In this document: positions 30,397 to 41,106 of the stretch, in pieces
How the letters are laid out: every line of letters begins with the position of its first letter
How positions within the stretch are numbered: position 1 is the first letter of the stretch
DNA from: an uncultured cyanobacterium
GTDB taxonomy: Bacteria; Cyanobacteriota; Cyanobacteriia; Cyanobacteriales; Nostocaceae
Reading direction: 5' to 3'
DNA length: 64,000 nucleotides
NCBI GenBank assembly: GCA_963740315.1
Contig: CAVUDP010000002.1
Coordinates: 1,568,001 to 1,632,000 of the forward strand
Translations under genes and position numbers: made by a program
The notes under the pieces: model-generated
The model's database searches: none
What the model was told of the DNA's origin: nothing
The model's input: the letters and a program-made list of their open reading frames with translations, nothing else

Positions 30397-32616
30397 ATGA
30401 CATCCCTTAAATGCTCGAAAGGACATGAAAATCCTGCTGGTAGTCGCTTTTGTTTGCACTGCGGCGAAATGTTGCTTGATACTCCAGTAAACAAAGGTAT
30501 CCAAGCGGGACAAACTTTGAGCGATCGCTATTTAATAGTACGTCAGTTGGGACAGGGGGGATTTGGACGGACTTATTTAGCGGAAGATGTCAACCGTTTT
30601 CGCGAACTTTGTGTTTTAAAAGAATTTTCTCCTCAAGTTCAAACTGAGTACGTTTTACAAAAATCGGAAGAACTTTTTGAACGAGAAGCCAGCGTACTTT
30701 ATAAACTGCAACATCCCCAAATACCCCGCTTTCGCGAACTTTTGCGGCTCAGTATTGAAGATAAAGAATATTTATTTTTAGTCCAAGATTATGTCGAAGG
30801 AGAAAATTATCGTTATTTGTTAGATAATCGCCTCCAACAAGGGATGAAATTTAGCGAAACCGAAGTAAAGCAGCTATTACAGCAAATATTACCAGTATTA
30901 GATTATATTCATTCCCTGGGTGTAATTCACCGCGATATCTCACCCGATAACTTAATTTTTCGCAAAATTGACCAACTACCAGTATTAATAGACTTCGGCG
31001 GTGTCAAACAAGTCGTAGCAACCGTAGCTTCGCAATATTACGCACCCGGTAGCCCTCCAGCAACCCCAATTCCAACTTTACTGGGAAAAATTGGTTATGC
31101 TCCCCCAGAGCAAATGCAAACCGGGTTAGTGGAACCCCATAGCGATTTATACGCTTTGGCTGCAACAGCACTGGTTTTACTTACAGGTAAACAACCAGCA
31201 GAACTAATTGATAACTATAACCTGCAATGGCAGTGGCGACGGTTCGTTAATGTTAGTCCCGCATTTGGGGAAGTTTTAGATAAAATGTTATCCCCCGCAC
31301 CGAGAGAACGTTATCAAAGTGCCAACCAGGTTTTACAGGCGCTTAACCCTGCTCCGATTAATAACCCGCCACCACAAACACCACCAGCGCTACAGCCGCC
31401 ACAGCAGACAGAACAAACCTTTGCTGTCGCACCTGCCGCACAATCCGCTCCAACTCCCCAACCTAGAACCGTATCACCCGGTTTCTCCGAGCCTCAACCC
31501 AAATCTACTTGGTTTACACCGGGAAAAATCGCCCTGATATTTGTAGCCACGGTTGCTTTAGGCGGTTTAACCTACTTTGGCGTATCTCAGATAACATCCC
31601 GGCAAGACCCTACACCTACAGTAACGCCGACATCAACAGAACCCCCAGTAGACCCGAAATTTTCCGCAGAAGAACGGAGACGTAAAGAAAGACTAAAAGC
31701 ACGTCGCGAACAACTGGGTATAGACTTTAACTTTTATGTCAAACTAGTTAACCAAAGATTTTGGGAAAAAAACCCCAGCTTAAGCGGGCGGATCTTGAGC
31801 GACGAACCCGAAGACGCAGACCTCCGCGCCCAATGGGATAGAACAGCAAGCGAATTGCTCAACAAGATGTCAGTCCTGAGTTCCGACGCTCGCCGCCGAC
31901 TGGGAACATTTACCGCCGCAGACCGCGATCGCTGGAAAGTCAGAATCAACAATATTAACGTCAGCAGCCGTTCGGTATACGACTTAGCCGACGTGCCATT
32001 CTTCCGAGAATTCCCCGAACAAAAAGGTAAAAATTTTCTTAATAAACCCGTAGGACAAGTTTGGCAAGGATTCGTATTTGATAAAGTAAATGCAGTATTC
32101 GCACGCAGCGCCTTCGAGAAACTAGAGTTTGCAAGCAGCGATACAGGCGTAACAAGAAGCGGTAACTTTAAAAACCGACAAGGTAAAATCTTCATTGCCC
32201 AACTCAGCCAAGGGCAAGAAATGCAAGTCAACTTAACGGCTTCTCCCAAAGTATTATTTTCCATATATTCACCCTCCGGAAAAAGAGCATTGCTAGAAGA
32301 CTCCACAAGACGCTCGTGGACGGGTACTTTGAGGGAAAACGGATATTACGAATTCGTCATCGTCTCCACATCATCCGAATCCCAAGATTATCGGCTACGC
32401 TTACAAGTAGAAAACCCCCCACCACCAACCCCAACCCCAACACGAACGCCAACACGAACGCCAACACGAACGCCAACACGAACACCCACACCAACACCCA
32501 CACCAACACCTATACCAACACCAACGCCAACCCCCACACCAACACCAACACCAACACCAACGCCAACGCCAACCCCCACACCAACACCAACGCCAACTCA
32601 GGAATCGCAACCGTAA
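30397..32616 (+). CDS. Ser/Thr protein kinase with TM helix and C-terminal (PT)n tail
   Basis: Kinase motifs as above; TM ALIFVATVALGGLTYFGV; Pro-Thr repeat at 32420-32600. Confidence 0.93.
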   Translation: MTSLKCSKGHENPAGSRFCLHCGEMLLDTPVNKGIQAGQTLSDRYLIVRQLGQGGFGRTYLAEDVNRFRELCVLKEFSPQVQTEYVLQKSEELFEREASVLYKLQHPQIPRFRELLRLSIEDKEYLFLVQDYVEGENYRYLLDNRLQQGMKFSETEVKQLLQQILPVLDYIHSLGVIHRDISPDNLIFRKIDQLPVLIDFGGVKQVVATVASQYYAPGSPPATPIPTLLGKIGYAPPEQMQTGLVEPHSDLYALAATALVLLTGKQPAELIDNYNLQWQWRRFVNVSPAFGEVLDKMLSPAPRERYQSANQVLQALNPAPINNPPPQTPPALQPPQQTEQTFAVAPAAQSAPTPQPRTVSPGFSEPQPKSTWFTPGKIALIFVATVALGGLTYFGVSQITSRQDPTPTVTPTSTEPPVDPKFSAEERRRKERLKARREQLGIDFNFYVKLVNQRFWEKNPSLSGRILSDEPEDADLRAQWDRTASELLNKMSVLSSDARRRLGTFTAADRDRWKVRINNINVSSRSVYDLADVPFFREFPEQKGKNFLNKPVGQVWQGFVFDKVNAVFARSAFEKLEFASSDTGVTRSGNFKNRQGKIFIAQLSQGQEMQVNLTASPKVLFSIYSPSGKRALLEDSTRRSWTGTLRENGYYEFVIVSTSSESQDYRLRLQVENPPPPTPTPTRTPTRTPTRTPTRTPTPTPTPTPIPTPTPTPTPTPTPTPTPTPTPTPTPTPTQESQP

Positions 32617-32618
32617 TT

Positions 32619-32955
32619 GGAGGAGATGGGGAGATGGGGAGATGGTAAGCCACTGCGCCCTCGCGGGTTCCCCGACTTGTAGCAAGTGGCGCAACCCGTT
32701 CACGCGGAGCGTGCGGCTCAGGGGGAGATGGGGAGATGGGGAGATGGGGAGATGGGGAGATGGGGAGTACTTCGACAAGTCTTACAGTGAGCTACGTCGA
32801 ACTGCTCAGTAACCTTTGGGGAGATGGGGAGATGGGGAGATAGGAGTTAGGAATTATAAATTCACAATCAACCGTATCTCTGGGTGATAACTGCTAACTG
32901 CTAACTGCTCACTGCTAACTGCTAACTGATTACTGGTCACTGGTCACTGATTACT
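32619..32955. repeat. STRR cluster: (GGGGAGAT)n then (CTGCTAA)n/(CTGGTCA)n
   Basis: Direct reading. Confidence 0.9.
32644..32720 (+). repeat. about 78-nt composite dispersed element inside a GGGGAGAT array
   Basis: Near-identical inverted copy at 60775-60852. Confidence 0.9.
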
Positions 32956-32970
32956 GTTAAAATAATAGGC

Positions 32971-33423
32971 TTGTTATTGAGGGGGAAGAAATTGGCAAAT
33001 CAATCATACTTAGAAAAAGACACTCCTTTGGTTCCGGTGGGCAGCCACTGTATCTTGGAACTATATGAATGTCCCAAGGATTTGCTTAACGATGCTGATT
33101 TTATAAAAAAAGCCTTGGAAGAAGGAGTCAAAGAGGCTGACTCAACTTTGCTCAGGGAACTGACGCATCAGTTTGAACCTTACGGAGTAACGGCTTTGGC
33201 ATTGTTAGCAGAATCTCACGTTTCAGTTCATACTTGGCCCGAAATTGGTTATGTTGCGGTAGATATGTTTACTTGCGGCGAACACGCACAACCAGAAAAA
33301 GCCTGCAAGTATTTGGTAAAAGCTTTTCAAGCTAAAAATCACGTACTCTTGAAAATTCCTAGAGGTAGACTGACACCGCAGCTTAAAAAACTTGAAGAAA
33401 GTTTAACCGCTGGTGCCTCTTAA
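32971..33423 (+). CDS. speD: S-adenosylmethionine decarboxylase proenzyme
   Basis: GSHCILELYEC, HQFEPYGVT, LAESHVSVHTWPE cleavage motif, DMFTCG. Confidence 0.92.
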   Translation: MLLRGKKLANQSYLEKDTPLVPVGSHCILELYECPKDLLNDADFIKKALEEGVKEADSTLLRELTHQFEPYGVTALALLAESHVSVHTWPEIGYVAVDMFTCGEHAQPEKACKYLVKAFQAKNHVLLKIPRGRLTPQLKKLEESLTAGAS

Positions 33424-33620
33424 GGAGTGATGGGGAGAGGGGGAGAGGGGGAGATGGGGAGAGGGGGAGATGGGGAGATGGGGAGAGGGGGAGGCTCTTG
33501 AGGCTCTTGAGGCAGGGGATATTAAAGAATTTGAAATTGCTTCCTCCGCTCCCTTCCCTTCTAACTCTTAACTCCTAACTCCCCATGCCCCATGCCCAAT
33601 GCCCCAAGTTTTATCTTTTT

Positions 33621-35117
33621 CTAAAATTCATAAGCACCTGCATCAACAGCATTTTGACGTTGTTTCCCATCTTTATCGAGTTGTGCGTAATCGCCAATTG
33701 AGGAGGAACCAATATTTATTGCTGGTGAAGTCGATGTGAGATGGTAATCGTTACCTTCTATATTTACAAAATCAACTGCCAAAGCTAATTCGTTATCGAA
33801 AGCGTTAAGATTTCCGACATTCTCCCCTTCGTGATACAGAATTTCGGTTTTATCTGCATTTTCGTCGGTATTTGTAAATAAGTTATTGTCCAAAGTTACG
33901 TTATTTGCGTTTTCAATAGATACATTTCGGTAACTATTCTCAGAAAAGATATTGTTGCGAATCAAAATGTCACGAGGATTATAGCCGTTAAAACTGTTGT
34001 TATCGACAACAACACCTTGGACATTATTCGCAAAAGTATTATTGACAATTTCTACATTCCGAACATTGTTGGTGATGGCAACCCCTCTACCACCATTCTC
34101 TACACGTCTTCCATTTCCATAGATGACGTTGTTGTAGATATTAATGTCGGATACATCTCCCACATTCGGAACTTCATCTGCAATCCAAATTCCATCGGCA
34201 GTATTGGCAAAAATTTCGTTGTTGTAAATATCTAAGTTGAATGAATCAGCACGATTGCCGTCTACATAGATAGCAGCACCACCTCTAAAACCCTCGTAAG
34301 TTCCAGAAATCAGGGCTTGAGAGGTTATGGAATTATCGTGAATCAAACCGTTGCGAGAACCAACTTTGATATCCATACCTTCGCGTTTACCATCGATCAT
34401 CGTATTATTTGCAACCTCAAAACCATCGACACCCCAAATGCTCAATGCTTCTTGATCGCCGTCGGTATCTCCGGGCCCATCCCACTTCCAGTTAGCTCGT
34501 TCGATAGTATTATTAAGTATTTTGACATTGCTTCCAGTAATCTCATCTTCTCCACCTCCAAAAAAGGTTTTAGGCAAAACGATGATTCCAGAACTTCCAG
34601 TCTGATAAGTTTCGTTATTTTGAACGGTAATATTTTTCGCGTCACTCAGAGATATTCCAGCCCAAGATGTATTCTCTATGCGGAAGCCATCAATTACCCA
34701 ATTACTCTCACCTGGGGATTGAATCACCCCTTCTGGAAAACCGCCACTATTAGGATTAGGATCGCGCAATGTCACATCACCGTTAGCTTTGAGGGTAATT
34801 CTCCGATCATCGCTACCAGATTTACCGAGGCTAATTAACTCTGTATAAGTACCCGGCTGAACTAAAACAGTATCACCCACATCGATAGGAGATTCTTCAC
34901 TCACTGCGTAATTGATACTTCTCCAAGGTTGAGAGAGCGAACCGGGATTTTCATCGCTACCACTTGGAGAAACGTAATAAACATCGATATTGTCTTCTAC
35001 AGCAGGTAATCCCGTACTAACGTTTTGATTAGACGATTCTTCTAAAGGATTTATTGAAGCTGTTAAAGGATTTCCATCTTGAAGAGTATCGGGTTGAAAT
35101 TGTGATTCAGTATCCAT
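33621..35117 (-). CDS. right-handed parallel beta-helix protein (pectin lyase-like fold)
   Basis: YYVSPSGSDENPGS...PWRSI, repeated IxNNxI units, DYHLTSTSPAIN...DAGAYEF. Confidence 0.85.
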   Translation of the reverse strand: MDTESQFQPDTLQDGNPLTASINPLEESSNQNVSTGLPAVEDNIDVYYVSPSGSDENPGSLSQPWRSINYAVSEESPIDVGDTVLVQPGTYTELISLGKSGSDDRRITLKANGDVTLRDPNPNSGGFPEGVIQSPGESNWVIDGFRIENTSWAGISLSDAKNITVQNNETYQTGSSGIIVLPKTFFGGGEDEITGSNVKILNNTIERANWKWDGPGDTDGDQEALSIWGVDGFEVANNTMIDGKREGMDIKVGSRNGLIHDNSITSQALISGTYEGFRGGAAIYVDGNRADSFNLDIYNNEIFANTADGIWIADEVPNVGDVSDINIYNNVIYGNGRRVENGGRGVAITNNVRNVEIVNNTFANNVQGVVVDNNSFNGYNPRDILIRNNIFSENSYRNVSIENANNVTLDNNLFTNTDENADKTEILYHEGENVGNLNAFDNELALAVDFVNIEGNDYHLTSTSPAINIGSSSIGDYAQLDKDGKQRQNAVDAGAYEF

Positions 35118-35584
35118 GTTTTTCCTTTTTAAGCCGATTGTTATTTATCAAGTAGACGCGCAATATTAAACCGACTCAAAATTAGCTTGGTCGATCGCTA
35201 ATGCGTCAAAAATTATTACACCAGGTTACACAAATCTATACTTGGATTTTGTAAATCATGTAGAGTATTGAAAAGGTTATATATGAGATGTGTCCCAGAT
35301 AATAGCCGATCGAATTCATGAAAAAATCACTTGAATTGGTTGTAAGGGTTACTACCTTTACCGCGATCGCAAGGGAAATATTGCATAACTTAGTATTCTC
35401 AAATCAAGATTACTAAATTGTTTTTATCGCTTTTGAGTTTATTTTTCCTTCGTATATAAATATCTCAGGCTTCGATTATTAACCAATCTATCAAAAGTAA
35501 TAGTTAGTCTAATTTCTATTACTTTAGATAGACTATATTTCTTGAAGTGTATATAGAAATAAAACTTTATTCTTTTTAAGTAGA

Positions 35585-36202
35585 TTAATCAAAATCCGTC
35601 GGTAAATCTGGATTGCGATCGTATTCAAATAATCGAGTAATTTGCTTGGGAGTTACCCGTTTTAAAGATAATTGAGGAATATTATCTTCCGCAAAAAACT
35701 TCACTTCTTCAGTTTCAATGCTCGGTGTTGGAGAACCACCAATAATTTCGCATTGAAAAAACAATTTATAGATGCCGTGAGGATGGGGTGGATGTCCGTG
35801 CTTATTGATATCGAAAACAGCCAATAATTTAATAGCTTGGGTTATTAAACCCGATTCTTCAAAAATTTCTCGAACGACATTTTCTCCTGGAGAATCCCCA
35901 ACTTCAGTCCATCCACCGGGTAAAGCCCAGCAACTGTCGGAACGTTCTTTGACAAATAATAATTTTTTATCTTGAAAAACCGCACCACGTACATCAACTT
36001 TAGGTGTAGGATATCCGATTTCTTTTACCAATAAATCTAATATTTCGCTTTGTTCGATTTGAGAATGAGTAGAAATAATATCGACAGCAATATCACGTAA
36101 TAGTTTATAGTCTTCGATTTGATAGGGATTTTCGCAATAATACAAACCTTTTTGAGCGATCGCTTGAATTTTCTGCGCCCAATAAAGCCACTTAGGTTGC
36201 AT
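35585..36202 (-). CDS. NUDIX hydrolase with N-terminal Nudix_N domain
   Basis: GYPTPKVDVRGAV, WALPGGWTEVGDSPGENVVREIFEESG. Confidence 0.92.
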   Translation of the reverse strand: MQPKWLYWAQKIQAIAQKGLYYCENPYQIEDYKLLRDIAVDIISTHSQIEQSEILDLLVKEIGYPTPKVDVRGAVFQDKKLLFVKERSDSCWALPGGWTEVGDSPGENVVREIFEESGLITQAIKLLAVFDINKHGHPPHPHGIYKLFFQCEIIGGSPTPSIETEEVKFFAEDNIPQLSLKRVTPKQITRLFEYDRNPDLPTDFD

Positions 36203-36234
36203 TGGTTTTTGCTAATTTTTGTAATTTTTGATTC

Positions 36235-36410
36235 GTTCGTAGTAAGGGCTTTAGCCCTTGTTTTGACTAACTTCCCAATGCAGTATCTCCTGGGTTTCAC
36301 GATTTTCAAGGGTTTGCGCCTATTTCAATCGGTATGCTTTGACTGGGAAGAAACTAGGACTAAAGTCCTTACTACGAACTTAAGGTAGGACTAAAGTCCT
36401 TTCTACGAAC
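36235..36410. repeat. GTAG-type REP palindromes forming a REPIN-like inverted pair plus one extra copy
   Basis: GTTCGTAGTAAGGGCTTTAGCCCT (36235-36258) opposite AGGACTAAAGTCCTTACTACGAAC (36356-36379; variant at 36387-36410). Confidence 0.75.
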
Positions 36411-36475
36411 TTTAAGTTGTGTGTTAATTGTTAATTAGCAACTAACAACTAACAACTAACCACTAACTCCCCTTC

Positions 36476-37681
36476 TTAAGCATCATTCAACGCTGCAATA
36501 CCAGGTAAAGTCTTACCTTCGAGTAATTCCAAGCTAGCGCCGCCACCTGTAGAAATATGGCTCATTTGGTCGGCTAAACCAACTTTTTCCACTGCTGCAA
36601 CGGAGTCACCACCACCGATAATGGTAGTTGCACCATGCTTGCCCAGATTTGCTAAAGCACGAGCGATCGCTTCGGTACCGACGGCGAATTTATCAAATTC
36701 AAACACGCCCATAGGACCGTTCCAAATGACTGATTTACAGTCTGCAAGGGCTTCTTGGAACTTTTTAATTGATACGGGACCAATATCTAAACCCATCCAA
36801 CCATCGGGAATATTGTCGATGTTGACGGTTTGAGAATTAGCATCGGCGGCAAAGTTATCTGCTACAACTACATCTGTAGGTAATATTAAATCTACGCCTT
36901 TTTCTTTGGCTTTAGCTTCCAAAGTTTTGGCTAATTCTAATTTGTCTTCTTCTACTAAAGACTTACCAACATTCAAACCACGGGCTTTGTAGAATGTGAA
37001 AATCATTCCACCGCCGATGAGTAGTTTGTCGCACTTGTCGAGTAAAGTTTCAATAACGCCAATTTTACTAGAAACCTTGGAACCGCCAATAATCGCCGCT
37101 AACGGACGTTGAGGATTTTCGATCGCATTTTGTAAATACTGCAACTCTTTCTCAATTAAATATCCAGCGATAGAAGGGGTGAGATAGTGAGTTACGCCTT
37201 CAGTAGAAGCATGGGCGCGGTGTGCGGTACCAAATGCATCATTTACGTACAAATCGGCATTTGACGCTAATTGCTTCGCAAATTCAGCATCGTTTTTCTC
37301 TTCTTCACCATGAAAACGGACGTTTTCTAATAAAACTACGTCTCCATTTTTCATTCCCCCGACTTTGTTTGTTACCTCATCCCCAATACAGTCATCGCAT
37401 TTGACAACTTCTTTGCCTAACAACTCAGAAAGCCTTTTAGCAACTGGGGTTAAGCGTAATTTATCTTTAACTTCACCCTTTGGTCGTCCAAAGTGACTGG
37501 CTAGAATTACTTTAGCTTCTTTGCTAATCAAATCTTGAATTGTAGGTAAAGCTGCTCGGATGCGCGTATCATCCGTAATATTGCCCGCATCGTCTAGAGG
37601 AACGTTGAAATCGGCTCGCACCAAAGCGCGTTTACCTTGCAAGTCGCTTTTAGATAAATTTGCTAAAGATTTTTTGGACAT
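36476..37681 (-). CDS. pgk: phosphoglycerate kinase
   Basis: [50 protein letters not shown]. Confidence 0.98.
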   Translation of the reverse strand: MSKKSLANLSKSDLQGKRALVRADFNVPLDDAGNITDDTRIRAALPTIQDLISKEAKVILASHFGRPKGEVKDKLRLTPVAKRLSELLGKEVVKCDDCIGDEVTNKVGGMKNGDVVLLENVRFHGEEEKNDAEFAKQLASNADLYVNDAFGTAHRAHASTEGVTHYLTPSIAGYLIEKELQYLQNAIENPQRPLAAIIGGSKVSSKIGVIETLLDKCDKLLIGGGMIFTFYKARGLNVGKSLVEEDKLELAKTLEAKAKEKGVDLILPTDVVVADNFAADANSQTVNIDNIPDGWMGLDIGPVSIKKFQEALADCKSVIWNGPMGVFEFDKFAVGTEAIARALANLGKHGATTIIGGGDSVAAVEKVGLADQMSHISTGGGASLELLEGKTLPGIAALNDA

Positions 37682-37769
37682 AATTTAACTCTCCCGATCG
37701 CCTTTTTGTTATTGTGATTGAAAATAGAACTATCAAGATTTTACAGAGTTTCGGGGTCACAGGGAATCC

Positions 37770-38181
37770 GATGTTCAAAACAATTCTTTTTTCAGTAGAT
37801 CAAAGTCGAGAAGCACGGGAAGCAGCAGAGTTTGTTGCTCAGTTAGTACAAACGCACCAAAGCGATCTGATTTTACTGAGTGTGGTAGAAGAAGCTACCC
37901 CCTCAGAATCATCCAGCGATGATGTAATGAAGTCACCAAAAAAAGTCGAACAGTTGCTAAAAGATGCTCGATCTTTCTTTTCCAGCCAGGGAATAGAAGC
38001 AGAAATTCTAGAAAAAACAGGTCAACCCGCTTTCGTAATTTGCGATGTTGCCGATGAAATTAAAGCCAATTTAATCGTTATGGGCTGTCGCGGATTGGGA
38101 TTAACTGATGAAGGTACCCACGATAGCGTTACCAATCGCGTGATTAATCTTTCTCCTTGCCCGGTGTTAATTGTGCCTTAA
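37770..38181 (+). CDS. universal stress protein (ORF track start 37714; ATG 37770 likelier)
   Basis: MFKTILFSVDQS, LIVMGCRGLG, SVTNRVINLSPCPVLIVP. Confidence 0.9.
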
Positions 38182-38338
38182 ACAAGTTAGGAGTTAGGAC
38201 CACCGGAGTTAGGAGTTTGAAGTTATAGAATGGTTTTTTTAACATTTTATATTTTTTAGCTTAATTACTTAATTGATAAAACCGCATTTGGTATCTTTTA
38301 TTGATTTGCGCCCCTAACACTTAAAAATATAATTAGAC

Positions 38339-38842
38339 TCAGTTAATATCAAATACTGTCTGTACGGTAGTTGAATGACTGGGTTTTGTTATATCGTAAG
38401 TTGCTTTTTGCGTTCCTAAAGTGTTAACTTTGAGTGTTCTATTTGAAAACTTGAAATTTAAAAAAGGAATATTTGGATTGTTTCGTACTCTTCCACAAAC
38501 TGTAATTTGAACTTGGTTCCCCTTACCTTTTGGCTTAAAATATTCCAAATCAACCCTTGAAACAGATTTTTGAAACGAATCAAATACAAAGTAAGTAAAG
38601 CCTCCGCCGCCAACGCTATAAGCAGTAGCTGTATACTTTTCGTCTTGGGTTTGTGAATTTTTATCAATCGGAATCTGTCCGAGTAAAGTTGCTCCAGCCC
38701 CAATTTGAATAAAAGTACAAGCTTTTGTTACTTGAGCCGACGCGATTGGAGCATCAACTGCACTTGTTAAAAAGCTGATACCAATAGCTATTGTTAAAAC
38801 AGAAAACTTCGCGATCGAAGTTGGGCGATTAATTAAATTCAT
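38339..38842 (-). CDS. hypothetical secreted protein
   Basis: 167 aa ORF with signal peptide; no family recognised. Confidence 0.6.
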   Translation of the reverse strand: MNLINRPTSIAKFSVLTIAIGISFLTSAVDAPIASAQVTKACTFIQIGAGATLLGQIPIDKNSQTQDEKYTATAYSVGGGGFTYFVFDSFQKSVSRVDLEYFKPKGKGNQVQITVCGRVRNNPNIPFLNFKFSNRTLKVNTLGTQKATYDITKPSHSTTVQTVFDIN

Positions 38843-38881
38843 AAATAACTACTCGCAATTAAATAGATCCCGCCAAAAGTT

Positions 38882-39292
38882 CTATACTGTTTTATCTCCA
38901 GTATTTTCATAGAAAGATTTTTCTGCTTTGGAATAATTATTTGATTGTGATGAACCATTTTCCAGAATTGATGTTTGGATGGTTCGCAGTAACAAGTAGT
39001 TTAAAACTGTCCGAATGACGATAATTGCAGCTAATCGCCCGATATCTTCCCAGTTGGGAGTTATGGTAGTTCTGAGAATTGAACCACCAATCAAAAAGTT
39101 CAATCCCAAGGAAAACGAATAACCCATTTGCAAGCGGCTTTCCTGAAAGGTTTTAGCTGAACTTGACAAAGATAAAGCATTCCGCAAAAAGATAATTAAA
39201 CCTTTAATAAGACCTATGGAAATTACAAACAGGGCTAATAGTTGACAAATGTGTATTGCTGTGGTGCTAAGATTTTTGATTAAGATTTCCAT
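38882..39292 (-). CDS. DUF1622 membrane protein
   Basis: RLQMGYSFSLGLNFLIGGSILRT...LAAIIVIRTVLNYLL. Confidence 0.8.
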   Translation of the reverse strand: MEILIKNLSTTAIHICQLLALFVISIGLIKGLIIFLRNALSLSSSAKTFQESRLQMGYSFSLGLNFLIGGSILRTTITPNWEDIGRLAAIIVIRTVLNYLLLRTIQTSILENGSSQSNNYSKAEKSFYENTGDKTV

Positions 39293-39654
39293 TCGAGTTT
39301 ATTAATTAGTAATTTGTGAAAGAGTAAGGGGCGATCGATGCTTGGTTATCTTGCCGATCTATAATCTAAAGTTGCACTTGGGATATTTTACGTACATCAA
39401 ATGCAGATCAAATATTACAGATACAAATATTAATTTGGTTTTTTAGTTCCTAGTATGCTTAGGTTTCGGTAAAAATCTTTAAAATACTCACACACCAGCC
39501 TATTAATATTATCCTTTTTCCTACTTTCTATTCCCACTTGAATAATTATTTAATTAGCACCTTCCTTGTACGGAAGAACCATTTATTTGAAGATGAGACT
39601 TCCTAAGTAAGGCAGTTTAAACAAGGTATTAAACCTATTGGGAGCAAAGAAATT

Positions 39655-40842
39655 TTATAGCTTTTCAAATAATTCTGCTAACACTACATTAGAGAATAAA
39701 AACCCATCGGGATCGTGCAATTGCAACCTTCCATCTACGACTTGTACCCAACCTTTGTCAAAATAAGGTTGCAATACCTGTAATACTTTCTCAATTTTAT
39801 TTTCACCGAACTGTTTTGTTAATATTTGCAAATTTACTCCCTCTGCCAAACGCAACCCTAACATTAAGGTTTCTAACAAAACTTCATGGGGCGCTGTGAT
39901 TTCGCAATCAATTATACTTCCACCATTTACCCAAGCATAATATTCTTTGGTTTTGCGCGGACGGGTAAAGCGTTTTCCCATAACATAGCTCGCCGCGCCC
40001 ATTCCAAAGCCGTAATAAGAACGGTTTTCCCAATAAACTCGATTGTGACGACATTGATATCCGGGTTTAGCATAATTGGAAATTTCATAATGCTCATAAC
40101 CTGCCGTCTTTAAAATGTCCTGTGCCATACGGTACATTTTTACCGTGGTTTCATCTGTAGGTAAAGGACGATCCCCAGGTTTGTAATAACGCCCGAAAGC
40201 CGTACCAGGTTCGATTGTTAGGTCATATATAGATATGTGCATCGGTGCAATTTTAATTGCTTGCTGTAAAGATTCTTGCCATATGTCTAAGGTTTGATGC
40301 GGTAAACCACTTATTAGGTCTATGCTAAAGTTAGCAAAATCCGCTTGGTAAATTAAATCAACAGCAGCAAAAATGTCTGAAACCGAGTGAAAGCGCCCTG
40401 CATATTGCAATAATTTTTCTTGAAAAGCTTGTACTCCTAAACTGATCCGATTTACACCAGCACTGGCATATCCTTGCAAATGTTTTTCGTCAAAGGTACC
40501 TGGATCGATTTCCATAGAAATTTCTGCCAGACTGTCAATACCAAATTTCCCATCTAGGACTGACAATATTTTATGTAATTGTTGAGTAGAAAGTAATGAA
40601 GGAGTACCACCACCGAAAAATATTGTTTGTAAAGGTTTAGTATCGGTTGGAGTCGTAGAAATCTCTTGACATAAAACTTCAACATATTGAGAAATTGCTC
40701 TAGATGTTTCACCCCTCATGGTGTTTCCTACCACATATATGGGAAAATCACAGTAAAAGCAGCGTCGCCTGCAAAAAGGAATGTGTATGTAGGCAGCACT
40801 CGGAGTTCCTGAAGTCATTAAATTAATAGGTTTATCGGACAT
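39655..40842 (-). CDS. hemW: radical SAM heme chaperone HemW (HemN-like)
   Basis: AYIHIPFCRRRCFYCDF, FFGGGTPS, YEISNYA, HNRVYW. Confidence 0.9.
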   Translation of the reverse strand: MSDKPINLMTSGTPSAAYIHIPFCRRRCFYCDFPIYVVGNTMRGETSRAISQYVEVLCQEISTTPTDTKPLQTIFFGGGTPSLLSTQQLHKILSVLDGKFGIDSLAEISMEIDPGTFDEKHLQGYASAGVNRISLGVQAFQEKLLQYAGRFHSVSDIFAAVDLIYQADFANFSIDLISGLPHQTLDIWQESLQQAIKIAPMHISIYDLTIEPGTAFGRYYKPGDRPLPTDETTVKMYRMAQDILKTAGYEHYEISNYAKPGYQCRHNRVYWENRSYYGFGMGAASYVMGKRFTRPRKTKEYYAWVNGGSIIDCEITAPHEVLLETLMLGLRLAEGVNLQILTKQFGENKIEKVLQVLQPYFDKGWVQVVDGRLQLHDPDGFLFSNVVLAELFEKL

Positions 40843-41106
40843 TATGAGAAATAATTAAAGTTACATTACTAATAATTACAAATGAATTAGGAATAGTAAA
40901 AATTAATGAGAAATCTACATTTTTGTATGGTTTTATCACAAATTTAGGATAAAAAAAAAGCTGGAAATATTTAGTTATAATGATCGAATAGTGCTTTATC
41001 TTAAGCTTGTAGAATAACTGCAAATATTTTTAAGATTTTTAACCCGATTACATACAAAGTTACTTGATGACCTTCAGGTAATGCAGTTGCAGGAAAATAC
41101 ACAATC

